From positions 4,154,001-4,218,000 of the forward strand of contig OZ024745.1 in assembly GCA_964016885.1 (NCBI GenBank): a stretch of 64,000 bases of DNA, written 5' to 3'. The translations under genes were made by a program, and so were the position numbers. The stretch's first letter is position 1. Each line of letters opens with the position of its first letter. This DNA comes from Eledone cirrhosa. Lineage: Eukaryota. The notes under the pieces are model-generated. The model saw nothing but the letters and a program-made list of their open reading frames with translations. It did no database searches and was not told where the DNA came from. Positions 13,671 to 26,884 of this stretch are shown here, piece by piece.

Positions 13671-14305
13671 TATATATATATATATATATACCCATAAACT
13701 ATGTGCATATATTAACTACTTAATGAGTAGGTTGAAGCAAGGCCTATTAGCAACATTGGAGAGGCCTGGCCATACTGTAGATATGTCCAACCCATGACAA
13801 CTTGGAAATAAACATTAAAATGACAGAAGAATGATAATCTGGTTCAGAAATAAGAGAACACCAAAGTAAATCTGTTACAATATAAATGTCATTTACCTTT
13901 ATAGTCTGGCTTATTATATTCAACTTCACCTTTTAGCTCACCAAGTTCAGAATATGCATATATATAGGGTTAGGACGATTATTCACTCATGTCAGGGACA
14001 TGACTGTCTCCTTAGTAGTTGGAGATCTACATGATAAATACACCTAGTACACTCTGTAAAGTGGTTGGTAATAAGAAGAGCATCCAGCTGTTGAAAGCTT
14101 GCCAAACAAAGGGTCAGGAGGACTCTTCAGTTGTGTCAAAGACACAACAACCTCCTCTCTGCACTCAAGCCTAAGACCATATGTGAGATGCTGACCACCT
14201 CACCCCCAGCCTGTTTGGGAGGTCAGTAGCCCTTCCAGCCCTTGCTAACAGAGAAAGTGGATGTTAAACAATATGTTGATATATACATATATAGATATAT
14301 ATATA

Positions 14306-14534
14306 CAGTGTAACCTCAGTTCACGAACATAAAACATCTTGGGTGACGAATAGTGTCTTGAGTGACTAACATGCAAGTTGGCAACAAGCTGGGCGTATCG
14401 GGTGCCTCACTGTGCAGTTACTATGTCCCTCTTTCTCAATATTTCATATAGGAAAAGTAGTTTCAGTTTAAGAACATTTTGGGTGATGAATGGCCTTAAG
14501 GAATGAATTCAGTTCATGAACTAAGGTTCTACAG
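14306..14534. mobile_element. pogo/Tigger-like MITE
   Basis: TA-flanked imperfect TIRs cagtgtaacctcagttcacgaac / gttcatgaactaaggttctacag. Confidence 0.65.
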
Positions 14535-16035
14535 TATATATATCATTATATGTATGAGAGGCTACTAGCTAAGACCATATATATATATCATTATATTAAA
14601 CAACAAATCCAGTAACAACCACTGAGGCTATATAAGACGCTGCGTCCATCAAGCTATACCATTATTCTGTCCCCTATTTTTGGCAATCATTAGGCAATAA
14701 AAGGGGGGGGGGGGGGGGTGAAGTGAATTGGCAGTATCGGTAGAGGGTCGGACGCCATGCTTTGACGCATAGAGTTACGGCCCTTGCCATTCTGAGTTCA
14801 AATCCCACCGAGGTTAACTTTGCCTTTCATCCTTACGGGGGTCGATAAAATAAAGTACCAGTAATGTACTGGGTAATTGCTGGCCTTGTGCCAATAGTAG
14901 AAACAATTATATATATGAGAGACTACTAGCTAAGACCATCATTCAACTTGGTACTTTATATTTAAGAAAGGTACAATGTAGATTTTATAAATATGTTCTG
15001 CCCTAGTTAAACTTTTACAGTTTTGACTTTAAAACAGTAAAAGCTGAACCTTAGGACAGAAAATCCTTGTACTGAAGGTGTTTAGTGGTTTGGGTGTTCA
15101 GCTGATGACCATAAGGTGGTGAGTTGGATTCCCAGACCAGGTGGTATGTTGTTTCCTTGAACAAGACACTTTCATGTTGCTCCACCAGTTCACTCAGCTT
15201 GTATAATGAGTTGTACCTGTTATATATATAATTCAAGGGGAAATATTTGCCACTTATTGTATAACTGTCCTTTTATATTCTACATTCAAATCCTGTTCAT
15301 ACTTTACCTTTATTCGAAGCAGGGTTGATAAAATTATTACCGGCCATGTTCTAGAGTTGATTTAACCCTTTCAGTACAAAATCATCTCTGGTTCTATGGA
15401 ACTAAATCATCCATTTAAAAGGTTCTTGCTACATTTTAAATCTTCCAACAATTTGTTATAAAATCTTTGTTATATTACAAACATCATCTTAATTGAAATA
15501 TGGTTGGCCACTGAAGACCACTTCTAGAAAACATCTTCCACCCAACTTTTGCTAGTAAATACCTCCAAATTCTTCATTGATTAATTGAAATACATGAAAG
15601 GGTTTATAAATATTTTCCTCCCCAAAACATCTGTAGCCTTGAACCAGTACAAGAAATCAATACTAAAATATATTAGTATCAATATTTATCTCTTACAATT
15701 GTAGGGAATAGATATAGCAAAATGAATTGATTCCAGTAGTTGGCTGCTATTCAGTATATTGATTCTAGAAATGATAGTCAAAGTCATCCTCATCTGCTCT
15801 CAATATACAGTCAGACATATTTAAAGATCTGGAGTTTCAATTGATTCTGCTACACACTCTTCTCACAATATTTGTAATGTTACATTTTAAATTTATGATG
15901 GCCTGGAGCTAGTATAGAAGTTGTGAACCAAACTAAATATTTTGTGATTTAGTTTTTATTGGATCTGAATTAAATTATATTTTATTTCACCCCACCAGAA
16001 CCAATAAAATGATTTATGGTTGTGGCACAAAACCA

Positions 16036-18890
16036 GTAATTTTGGCACAAGAAATGAGGAAGGATTCAGACTTCTAGAATTCTGCGACGCCAATGACATG
16101 TCGATATGTAACACAAACTTCAAAAAACCCGACAACCACCTGATCACCTATAGATCAGGGGAGCACTCTAGTCAGTTAGATTTTATCCTCATCAGAGGAC
16201 GTGACAGATGGACGGTCGTAAACACAAAAGCCTTCCCTAGTGAGGAATGTACATCCCAACATAGCTTAGTTGTCAGCGACCTCACGGTCAGAACTAGACG
16301 AACCCGGAAACAGAGGCCAACCTGGAGAAGAAAGATCTGGAAGCTGAAAGTCCCCTCAACCAGTAACAGATTTAAAGATATTTTACTCAACGCCTACGAC
16401 AGTAAAGAAGAACAGATAGAGACATTTAATGTAGAAGAGAACTGGGAGTTCCTAAAAAATAATTTACTAGAGGAGACGGATGAGGTCTGGGGCTGGAGTA
16501 AGACCTCAAGCAGGAGGAGAGTGACTTGGTGGTGGAACAATAAGGTAGATGAAGCAGTTAAGGCCAAGAGACAGGCATGGAAAGAATGGAAGAGCAGGGT
16601 ACATTACAAAGAGACCAAGAGGGAAGCTAGGCGACAAGTATACTTAGCTAGGTGGGAAGCAGAGGATAGAAAATTCAAGCATGTTTTACAACGTGAGGAC
16701 CAGAAACAGGAGGTATTCAAGATTGCGAGGCAGTGTGTCAGAGATAGTTGTGATGTCATTGGAGAGAAGTGTATCCGGAATGATAAAGGTGAGCTTTCCC
16801 TCACAAGTGCTGAGAAGAAAGACGCATGGAAGAGTCATTATGATAGATTACTAAATGAGGAGAATGCATGGGAAGAAGAGACCCTACCCCAAGTAGACCC
16901 TATAGAGGGACCAGCAGTACAAGTCAGCAGCGTAATAAGTAAGGTAATCAAAGATATGAAGATGGGGAAGGCAACCGGTCCATCGGGTATAGCTGCCAAG
17001 ATGCTGAAGGCATCTGGGTCTGTAGGCCACACTATAACCACACGTATTGTTAACCAGGTAATACTAGAAGGTGCCATACCAAAAGATTGGTGCAGTAGCA
17101 TCATTGTCAACTGCTACAAAGGTAAAGGCGATGCACTAGATAGAGGAAACTATAGAGGTATAAAGTTGATGGACCAGGTCATGAAAGTAACAGAAAGAGT
17201 TATAGCACAGCTGATTAGGGACCGGGTGAAAATAGACGAGATGCAATTTGGGTTTGTACCAGGAAGAGGCACCACTGATGCCCTCTTCCTTGTGAGGCAA
17301 TTACAGGAAAAGTACCTAGCTAAAAGTAAGCTACTCTACTTGGCATTTGTCGACCTTGAGCAAGCCTTTGACAGAGTTGCACGTGCTGTAATCTGGTGGG
17401 CTCTTAGAAAACTAGGAGTAGATGAATGGCTTGTGAAAGCGGTACAAGCCATGTATAGGGGAGCAGTCAGCAAAGTTAGGATTAGCAATGAGTATAGCGA
17501 GGAATTTAGTGTACAGGTTGGGATCCACCAGGGCTCTGTTCTTAGCCCTCTCCTGTTCATCATAGTCCTGCAGGCAATAACAGAGGAGTTTAAGACCGGA
17601 TGCCCATGGGAACTCCTGTATGCTGATGACCTCGCACTCATAGCTGAATCTATGGTAGAACTAGAGAATAAATTCCAAACTTGGAAGCAGGGACTAGAAA
17701 GAAAGGGTCTCAAAGTCAACATGACAAAGACTAAGGTCCTTGTAAGTAGACGAGAAAACAGAACCCAGATCCCCTCAGGGAAATGGCCTTGCTCAGTATG
17801 TAGGAAAGGTGTAGGTAGGAACTCCATTCTCTGCCCCAAATGCAAACAATGGGTAGACAAGAGATGTAGCGGGATCTCAGGAAGCTTAATTAAGAATGTA
17901 GGATTCACATGCAGCAGCTGTACTGAGACAGCAAGCAGCAAACAGCCACAGGAAACAAGTACCACCAATCTCTGGGAGGGCCCTGTAGAAACAGTAGACA
18001 GCTTCTGCTACCTAGGTGACCGAATTAGCAGCAGAGGTGGGTGTTCAGAAAGTACAATAACTAGGGTAAGAACGGGATGGAAGAAGTTTAGGGAACTACT
18101 ACCACTGCTAGCTGCAAAAGGCTTCTCCCTCAGAATGAAAGGCAGACTGTATGATGCGTGTATCCGAACAGCGATGTTGCATGGTAGTGAGACCTGGGCG
18201 CTGAAGGTGGAAGACTTACGTAGATTAGAGAGAAACGAAGCCTGCATGCTCCGATGGATGTGTAATAGTAATATACGCGAACGACAAAGCATAAATGAAT
18301 TGAGAGAGAGACTGAGCATAAGAGGAATCAAATGCTGTGTGCAGGAGAGGCAGTTGCGCTGGTATGGACATGTGATGCGTATGAAGGATGACAGCTGCAT
18401 AAAGAGGTGCAGAGCACTAGAAGTTGATGGAAACCGCGGAGTGGGGAGACCCAAGATGACCTGGGATGAGGTGATAAAAGCCGACCTTACCCAATTACAC
18501 CTCTCAAAGACAATGACACACGACCGTGACTTCTGGCGTCACGCAGTAATACAGAGTACCTGACCTCCCATGGGTACAAGCTGAAGCATATAGACAATAT
18601 GCCCCCACACCCCCCACCGCAAGGTGGTCGTGGAGGTGCAACGGCAAAAAAGCACCCAGCCCACACTGTAAAGTGGACGTGTAGGCGCCACGAAAAAGCA
18701 CCCAGCACTCACTGTAAATGAGGTTGGTGTTAGGAAGAGCATCCAGCTGTAGAAATCAAGCCAGATCAGTTCCTGTATGAGCAAGGCATGGTCAGCCGAC
18801 CAGACACTGCCCACAACAGGACAACCCGTCTAACCCATGCTAGCATGGAAGAACGGACGTAAAACGGTGATGATGATGATGATGATGATG
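16036..18890 (+). mobile_element. RTE-clade LINE (family A), 5'-truncated, open ORF to 18563
   Basis: C-terminal part of APE endonuclease (SQLDFIL, TSQHSLV), RT (NYRGIKL, QFGF, QGSVLSP, YADD), PHD-like finger, RWYGHVMR and GRPK..W motifs; 3' hairpin ccatgctagcatgg followed by (GAT)n. Confidence 0.95.
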
Positions 18891-20410
18891 ACCACACTGT
18901 TCTATAGAATATAATGATACACCACACTGTGTTATAGAATATAATGATATACCACACTGTTCTATAGAATATAATGATACACCACACTGTGTTATAGAAT
19001 ATAATGATATACCACACTGTTCTATAGAATATAATGATACACCACACTGTTCTATAGAATATAATGATATACCACACTGTTCTATAGAATATAATGATAT
19101 ACCACACTGTTCTATAGAATATAATGATATACCACACTGTTCTATAGAATATAATGATATACCACACTGTTCTATAGAATATAATGATATACCACACTGT
19201 TCTATAGAATATAATGATACACCACACTGTGTTATAGAATATAATGATATACCACACTGTTCTATAGAATATAATGATATACCACACTGTGTTATAGAAT
19301 ATAATGATATACCACACTGTTCTATAGAATATAATGATACACCACACTGTGTTATAGAATATAATGATATACCACACTGTTCTATAGAATATAATGATAC
19401 ACCACACTGTTCTATAGAATATAATGATATACCACACTGTTCTATAGAATATAATGATATACCACACTGTTCTATAGAATATAATGATATACCACACTGT
19501 TCTATAGAATATAATGATATACCACACTGTTCTATAGAATATAATGATACACCACACTGTGTTATAGAATATAATGATATACCACACTGTTCTATAGAAT
19601 ATAATGATACACCACACTGTGTTATAGAATATAATGATATACCACACTGTTCTATAGAATATAATGATATACCACACTGTTCTATAGAATATAATGATAT
19701 ACCACACTGTTCTATAGAATATAATGATATACCACACTGTTCTATAGAATATAATGATATACCACACTGTTCTATAGAATATAATGATACACCACACTGT
19801 GTTATAGAATATAATGATATACCACACTGTTCTATAGAATATAATGATACACCACACTGTTCTATAGAATATAATGATATACCACACTGTTCTATAGAAT
19901 ATAATGATACACCACACTGTGTTATAGAATATAATGATATACCACACTGTGTTATAGAATATAATGATATACCACACTGTTCTATAGAATATAATGATAT
20001 ACCACACTGTTCTATAGAATATAATGATATACCACACTGTTCTATAGAATATAATGATATACCACAATGTTCTATAGAATATAATGATATACCACACTGT
20101 TCTATAGAATATAATGATATACCACACTGTTCTATAGAATATAATGATACACCACACTGTTCTATAGAATATAATGATATACCACACTGTTCTATAGAAT
20201 ATAATGATACACCACACTGTGTTATAGAATATAATGATATACCACACTGTGTTATAGAATATAATGATATACCACACTGTTCTATAGAATATAATGATAT
20301 ACCACACTGTTCTATAGAATATAATGATATACCACACTGTTCTATAGAATATAATGATACACCACACTGTTCTATAGAATATAATGATATACCACACTGT
20401 TCTATAGAAT
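18891..20410. repeat. 30-bp minisatellite (~50 units)
   Basis: Unit accacactgttctatagaatataatgatat with two polymorphic sites. Confidence 0.97.
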
Positions 20411-21936
20411 TAGCCAAATACATCAAAACATCATGTTCCATTTTTTGTTGTTTTTTATCTATAATTTTACTAAATTTTACTAAAATTTATTTATATTTTA
20501 ATTGTACTAATATGAGACTGATTTTGCTAATTGTTTGACTGTGGTTGCAATAATGAGAAAATGAAAAGAGAAGAATCAAAATTAAGCAACACAAGAGAAA
20601 TATCTTGAGAAAGATATTGCCATTAATCTTATAATTCAATCAGAGAAGTTCTTTATAAGTTCACACTTCATTTAATACAGTAGTCTCTCAAGTAGACTGT
20701 AGCAGGGCTGGGGGGAGGGGGAGTTATTTATTATCATTATTATTATTTCATTTATCTTGCTTTATGTTCATACGAGTTATCGCCAAGTCACAACCAGTGA
20801 CTTCAAGAGACAAGGTCCGCCATGTTCAAGAAAGAACACATACACGCACACATGTATCTTTAGTTGTTTACACTTGTGATGTATTTATATTGACTGAATC
20901 TTCCTTAGTATATGGCCAGTTCCCATTAATACTATCTTTTGTATTTCTTCTATACACAGGTTTCTTGGGATTTGGGATAAGTAATCATTAGACCCCTTGG
21001 GTATCATTCCTAGAGCCCCTACAACCACTGTTCTCAACTTCCACATTTTTACAGTCTCTATCTCCAGGTCTTTATACTTGCTGGGGGTGGGGGGAAGTCG
21101 ATTAAATCAACCCCAGTGTATTACTGGTACTTTATTTTATCGACCACGTAAGGAACAAAGGCAGAGCTAACCTCAGCAGGATATGAGACCAGAACAAATA
21201 CAGTGCAATGCTCCAACAATTCTATCAATTCATTACCCTTGTGCTTAAGTGAAAGTTTAAATGCTTGAATAAAAAATGATAGGCTTAAATGAAGAAATAT
21301 CATTTTAAACAATTCATTGCTTGAGACTTTATTGCGGTGATGTGGTTAGTCAATGTAGTCACACTTGTTGAGTCTGGTTTCAACAAATCAATTGAATTAA
21401 CAAAACAGGTTATGAATGAATTGGGATTAAATTATAAAATTAAGAGTTACTTTTGAATTTTTCTAATTTTTCAGAGCATCAGTGATTTTCAAATCACATG
21501 TAGAATCCATAGGAGTGGTTGATAGCTTCTGCTACCTTGTGATCTAATTAGCAGTGGAGGGGGTGTTCCAAGAGCATAACAGCTAGAATAAGGATAGGAT
21601 AGAAGACCTTTTCATTTCAAATCCCGTTTCTAGAGTTGGAATTTATGCACTGGTCAACAAGTGAATCACTTATCCTGGTGTTTCCATGGTGATCAACCAT
21701 GGGTACAATAAAGGTAATTCCAGGAGTGTTTATATATAATATAATAAATAACATGAATATAACAACTTCACAGTTAAAGGACTAACATTTATTATATAAT
21801 TGACATGTGTTTTGCCAATCTACAGGTAAACAAAATCTAGAAATGCTAGTCCAATAAGATTTATTGGAAAATTCAATTTCCAATATTTTGCGACTTCAGA
21901 ATTTAACAAGGTTTACGTTTGTGCAAGGTGTCTATA

Positions 21937-22078
21937 ATACATATACAGAGAGGGTGTGTCTTCATGTAGGAATTAGGTTGTATACATATACAGAGAGGGT
22001 GTGTCTTCATGTAGGAATTAGGTTGTATACATATACAGAGAGGGTGTGTCTTCATGTAGGAATTAGGTTGTATACATA
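21937..22078. repeat. 45-bp tandem repeat x3
   Basis: atacatatacagagagggtgtgtcttcatgtaggaattaggttgt repeated three times. Confidence 0.9.
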
Positions 22079-22332
22079 ACAGTTGTATTGAAATGTTCTG
22101 AGAGAAAGATGTACACAGAGAGCAATGGTAGTGTTAACAACAAATACAACAATTGTTTACAAGAGGTTGCTGCCATATAAGGTCATGAGTTCATGGTTTA
22201 AAGTTTATGGCCATTCACCACTGTCTTTTAGGTAGATCTAAGAATTTCCTATTCTGCCGACTTGGTTAGTAGCTGTATACCGCTTGGATGTATTGATGTT
22301 AGCCCTCTAACTGTGAAATTGTTATATTCATG

Positions 22333-22392
<60 letters not shown>

Positions 22393-22489
22393 TATATCTG
22401 TGGTTTACTGAACAAGGTACCAATATTAACACTTGTAACTGAACCTAATCAATAAAAACCTCGTTTTGTTCTTCTTAATAATATATATT

Positions 22490-23190
22490 AGGGTTGCTCA
22501 GTTCTTCGAAGACATTTGCATGAATTTAGTAAAAGACCCATAAGTCCTGAAAAAAAGCTTTATAGTCAGCAGCATTAACCCTTAAGGCACGAGGAAAGAA
22601 GTAAGGAACCATGACATCTCCCTCTTTGTTTACAACTCCCAGAATCCTCATAGTTGCTAGAAACTTTGGAACATCTTCAGAGTTTGTTCAGTTGATTTTT
22701 GGGTCCTGATCAAAGTTTTTCTAATCAGTGAAAAACCAAAGCATTCCAGACTCTTGATCTTTCAACTTGTTCAAGAAGCATTTTGCATGGATCAGTCGGT
22801 TATCTTTTGTCTTTGCAGGCATTGGCCTCTCCACATCACATAACGTATCAAAGGTCTTTATGGACAATTTTTCTGACAGTGCCTTGAGTTCCTTAGCAGT
22901 GGCGGCTCTAATTGACTTTCTAGGAACCTTATCAATAATTTTCAGTACTTTTCATACACATTTGGGTGTTCTGATGGTATTAGGACTTTTAGCAGGGGTT
23001 TTACATTTGGCTACTGTTATAGAATCCCTGTCAGTGGCTTCCAGCTCTTTGTGAACTTTGACAACAAAAAACTCTGCAGTTTTCAGGAAGTGAACAATCT
23101 CTAAATCACTAAACTCTACCTTTAAGACAACAGCTACAACAATTACAGCGGGACTTTTCATTTGTTGAGTTAGTTTGATGTCTGTCATTT
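22490..23190 (-). mobile_element. Decayed Tc1/mariner (maT/DD37D-like) transposase remnant
   Basis: Interrupted reading on - gives ...PRKSIRA..., LWFFTD*KNFDQD..., MRILGVVNKEGDVMVPYFFPRALRVNAADY, matching Tc1/mariner DD(D/E) domain motifs. Confidence 0.75.
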
Positions 23191-23295
23191 ATCTGGAAAG
23201 AAATGACAATCAGAACAAGTTAGAAAAAGGTGAGAGTTATTAATAGTCATGTCCTCAATGAACTGAGCAATCATGTGTGTATATATACATATATA

Positions 23296-23332
<37 letters not shown>

Positions 23333-23397
23333 ATGCTAGCATAGAAGATGGATGTTAAACGATGATGACGATCTAGCATCATCGTTTAATGTCCATA

Positions 23398-23471
<74 letters not shown>

Positions 23472-23567
23472 AAATTAATTACGTAATAAACAACACAATA
23501 TAATTATTCCATTACTGAAGCTCTCAAGAAATGTCCAGCTCGTTTGTCAGATAAAATTAATATATAT

Positions 23568-25441
23568 CATCATCATCATCACCGTTTTACGTCCGTTCTT
23601 CCACGCTAGCATGGGTTAGACGGGTTGTCCTGTTGTGGGCAGTGTCTGGTCGGCTGACCTTGTCTTGCTCATACAGGAACTGATTCTGGCTTGATTTCTA
23701 CAGCTGGATGCCCTTCCTAACACCAACCTCATTTACAGTGAGTGCTGGGTGCTTTTTCGTGGCGCCTACACGTCCACTTTACAGTGTGGGCTGGGTGCTT
23801 TTTTGCCGTTGCACCTCCACGACGACCTTGTGGTGGGGGGCGTGGGGGCATTTTGTCTATATACTTCAGCTTGTACCCATGGGAGGTCGGGTACTCTGTA
23901 TTACTGCGTGACGCCAGAGGTCATGGTCATGTGTCATTGTCTTTGAGAGGTGCAATTGGGTAAGGTCGGCTTTTATCACCTCATCCCAGGTCATCTTGGG
24001 TCTCCCCACTCCGCAGTTTCCATCAACTTCTAGTGCTCTGCACCTTTTTATGCAGCTGTCATCCTTCATACGCATCACATGTCCATACCAACGCAACCGC
24101 CTCTCCTGCACGCAGCATTTGATTCCTCTTATGCTCAGTCTCTCTCTCAATTCATTTATGCTTTGTCGTTCGCGTATATTACTATTACACATCCATCGGA
24201 GCATGCAGGCTTCGTTTCTCTCTAATCTACGTAAGTCTTCCACCTTCAGCGCCCAGGTCTCACTACCATGTAACATCGCTGTTCGGATACACGCATCATA
24301 CAGTCTGCCTTTCATTTTGAGGGAGAAGCCTTTTGCAGCTAGCAGTGGTAGTAGTTCCCTGAACTTCTTCCATCCCGTTCTTACCCGAGTTATTGTACTT
24401 TCTGAACATCCACCTCCGCTGCTAATTCGGTCACCTAGGTAGCAGAAGCTGTCTACTATTTCTACAGAGCCCTCCCAGAGATTGGTGGTTCTTGTTTCCT
24501 GTTGCATGTGAAGCCTACATTCTTAATTAAGCTTCCTGAGATCCCGCTACATCTCTTGTGTACTCATTGTTTGCATTTGGGGCAGAGAATGGAGTTCCTA
24601 CCTACACCTTTCCTACATACTGAGCAAGGCTATTTCCCTGAGGGGATCTGGGTTCTGTTTTCTCGTCTACTTACAAGGACCTTAGTCTTTGTCATGTTGA
24701 CTTTGAGACCCTTTCTTTTTAGTCCCTGCTTCCAAGTTTGGAATTTCTTCTCTAGTTCTACCATAGATTCAGCTATAAGTGCGAGGTCATCAGCATACAG
24801 GAGTTCCCATGGGCATCCGGTCTTAAACTCCTCCGTTATTGCCTGCAGGACTATGATGAACAGGAGAGGGCTAAGAACAGAGCCTTGGTGGACCCCAACC
24901 TGTACGCTAAATTCCTCGCTATAATCATTGCTAATCCTAACTTTGCTGACTGCTCCCCTATACATGGCTTGTACAGCTTTCACAAGCCATTCATCTACTC
25001 CTAGTTTTCTAAGAGCCCACCAGATTACAGCACGTGGAACTCTGTCAAAGGCTTTCTCGAGATCGACAAATGCCAGGTAGAGTGGCTTACATTTAGCTAG
25101 GTACTTTTCCTGTAGCTGCCTCACAAGGAAGAGGGCATCAGTGGTGCCTCTTCCTGGTACAAACCCAAATTGCATCTCATCTAGTTTCACCCTGTCCCTA
25201 ATCAACTGTGCTATAACTCTTTCTGTTACTTTCATGACCTGGTCCATCGGCTTTATACCTCTATAGCTTCCTCTATCGAGTGCATCACCTTTACCTGTGT
25301 AGCAGTTGACAATGATGCTACTGCACCAATCTTTTGGTATGACACCTTCTAGTATTACCTGGTTAACAATACGTGTGGTTATAGTGTGACCTACAGACCT
25401 AGATGCCTTCAGCATCTCGTCAGCTATACCCGATGGACCGG
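23568..25441 (-). mobile_element. RTE family A, 5'-truncated, frameshifted
   Basis: ORFs 24630-25415 and 23866-24507 are near-identical to the 16020 ORF; same UTR and (GAT)n tail. Confidence 0.95.
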
Positions 25442-25477
25442 ATATATAAAAATATATATATGTATCATGTGCCTTTC

Positions 25478-25745
25478 ATTTCATTTCATTTTACGTCCGC
25501 TTTTCCCTGCTTGCAAGGGTGGGACGGGAACTGATTTTGGCTTGATTTCTACAGCTGGATGCCCTTCCTAACACCAACCTCATTTACAGTGAGTGCTGGG
25601 TGCTTTTTTTTCCGTGGCGCCTACACGTCCACTTTGCAGTGGAATGATAGGGAACCCAGTCCCTATCATCTCATTTCTACAGCTGAGTAAACTGGAGCAA
25701 TGTGAAATAAAGTGTCTTGCTCAAGGAAACAACACATCACCCGGT
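25478..25745 (-). mobile_element. 5'-truncated SINE with RTE family B tail
   Basis: Reverse complement of the 36545 SINE without its tRNA head; (TGAAA)n tail. Confidence 0.85.
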
Positions 25746-25765
25746 CTATGTATATATAAATATAA

Positions 25766-25912
<147 letters not shown>

Positions 25913-25922
25913 TATATATATA

Positions 25923-26645
25923 TACGTTGGTATGGTCACGTGATGCGCATGAAAGACGACAGCTGTATAACAAAGTGCAGGGCAATAAAGATAGACGGTA
26001 GCCACGGAGTAGGCAGACCCAGGAAAACCTGGGACGAGCTGATAAATTCCGACCTCACACACTTACACCTCTCCAAGACAATGTCACTGGACCGAGACCT
26101 TTGGCGGTACTCAGTAATAGAGAAGACCCGCCTTACCTAAATACAAAGTAAAACCTACTACAGTCAGTAGGCATCTCTAACAAAATACACTCCCGTCCCA
26201 CCACCCCAACCCCATCCACACCACCCCTTTCAATGTAAAGTTATGTTGGTGCCACAACATCCAGGCCGAAACAAATGAGATCGTGTAGGTGTTACGACAA
26301 AAAACACAGTCCACGCTGTAATGTGGCCGTGTGGGCAACACGGTAAAAACCTCCCAGCCCCACACTGTAAATGTGGTTGGTGTTATGAAGGGCATCCAGC
26401 CGTAGAAAACCCGCCAGACAGTCCACGCTGTAATGTGGCCGTGTAGGCGACACGGTAAAAACCTCCCAGCCCCACACTGTAAATGTGGTTGGTGTTAGGA
26501 AGGGCATCCAGCTGTAGAAAACCCGCCAGACAGTCCTATGCGAGCAAGACAATCACTCTTGCCTCAAGTGGGAAAACCCCCGTCCAAACCCATGCAAGCG
26601 TGGAACACGGACGTTAAACGTTGATGATGATGATGATGATGATGA
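25923..26645 (+). mobile_element. RTE family C 3' fragment
   Basis: [18 protein letters not shown]...GRPRKTW, UTR with an internal duplication, (GAT)n tail. Confidence 0.9.
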
Positions 26646-26839
26646 TATATATATATATATAGTAATAATAATAAATTTGAAGACTAAAATCCAAAGAGGG
26701 CTCGATAAGGATAAATATATATCAAATATATAAGAACCGTAGAGCAAATATTTATTAAAATAACAGATTAAAGTTTAAGCAAGATCCCGTTAAGGGTGAA
26801 AGCAGCGATTCTTTGCTTAAACTTTAATCTGTTATTTTA

Positions 26840-26883
<44 letters not shown>

Positions 26884-26884
26884 C

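Noticed and set aside
16020-18563. Intact autonomous LINE or domesticated gene
   Set aside because: Truncated within the endonuclease, no true ATG start, and near-identical broken copies elsewhere in the window.
18766-20441. 543-aa and 533-aa ORFs
   Set aside because: Translations of a stop-free 30-bp satellite.
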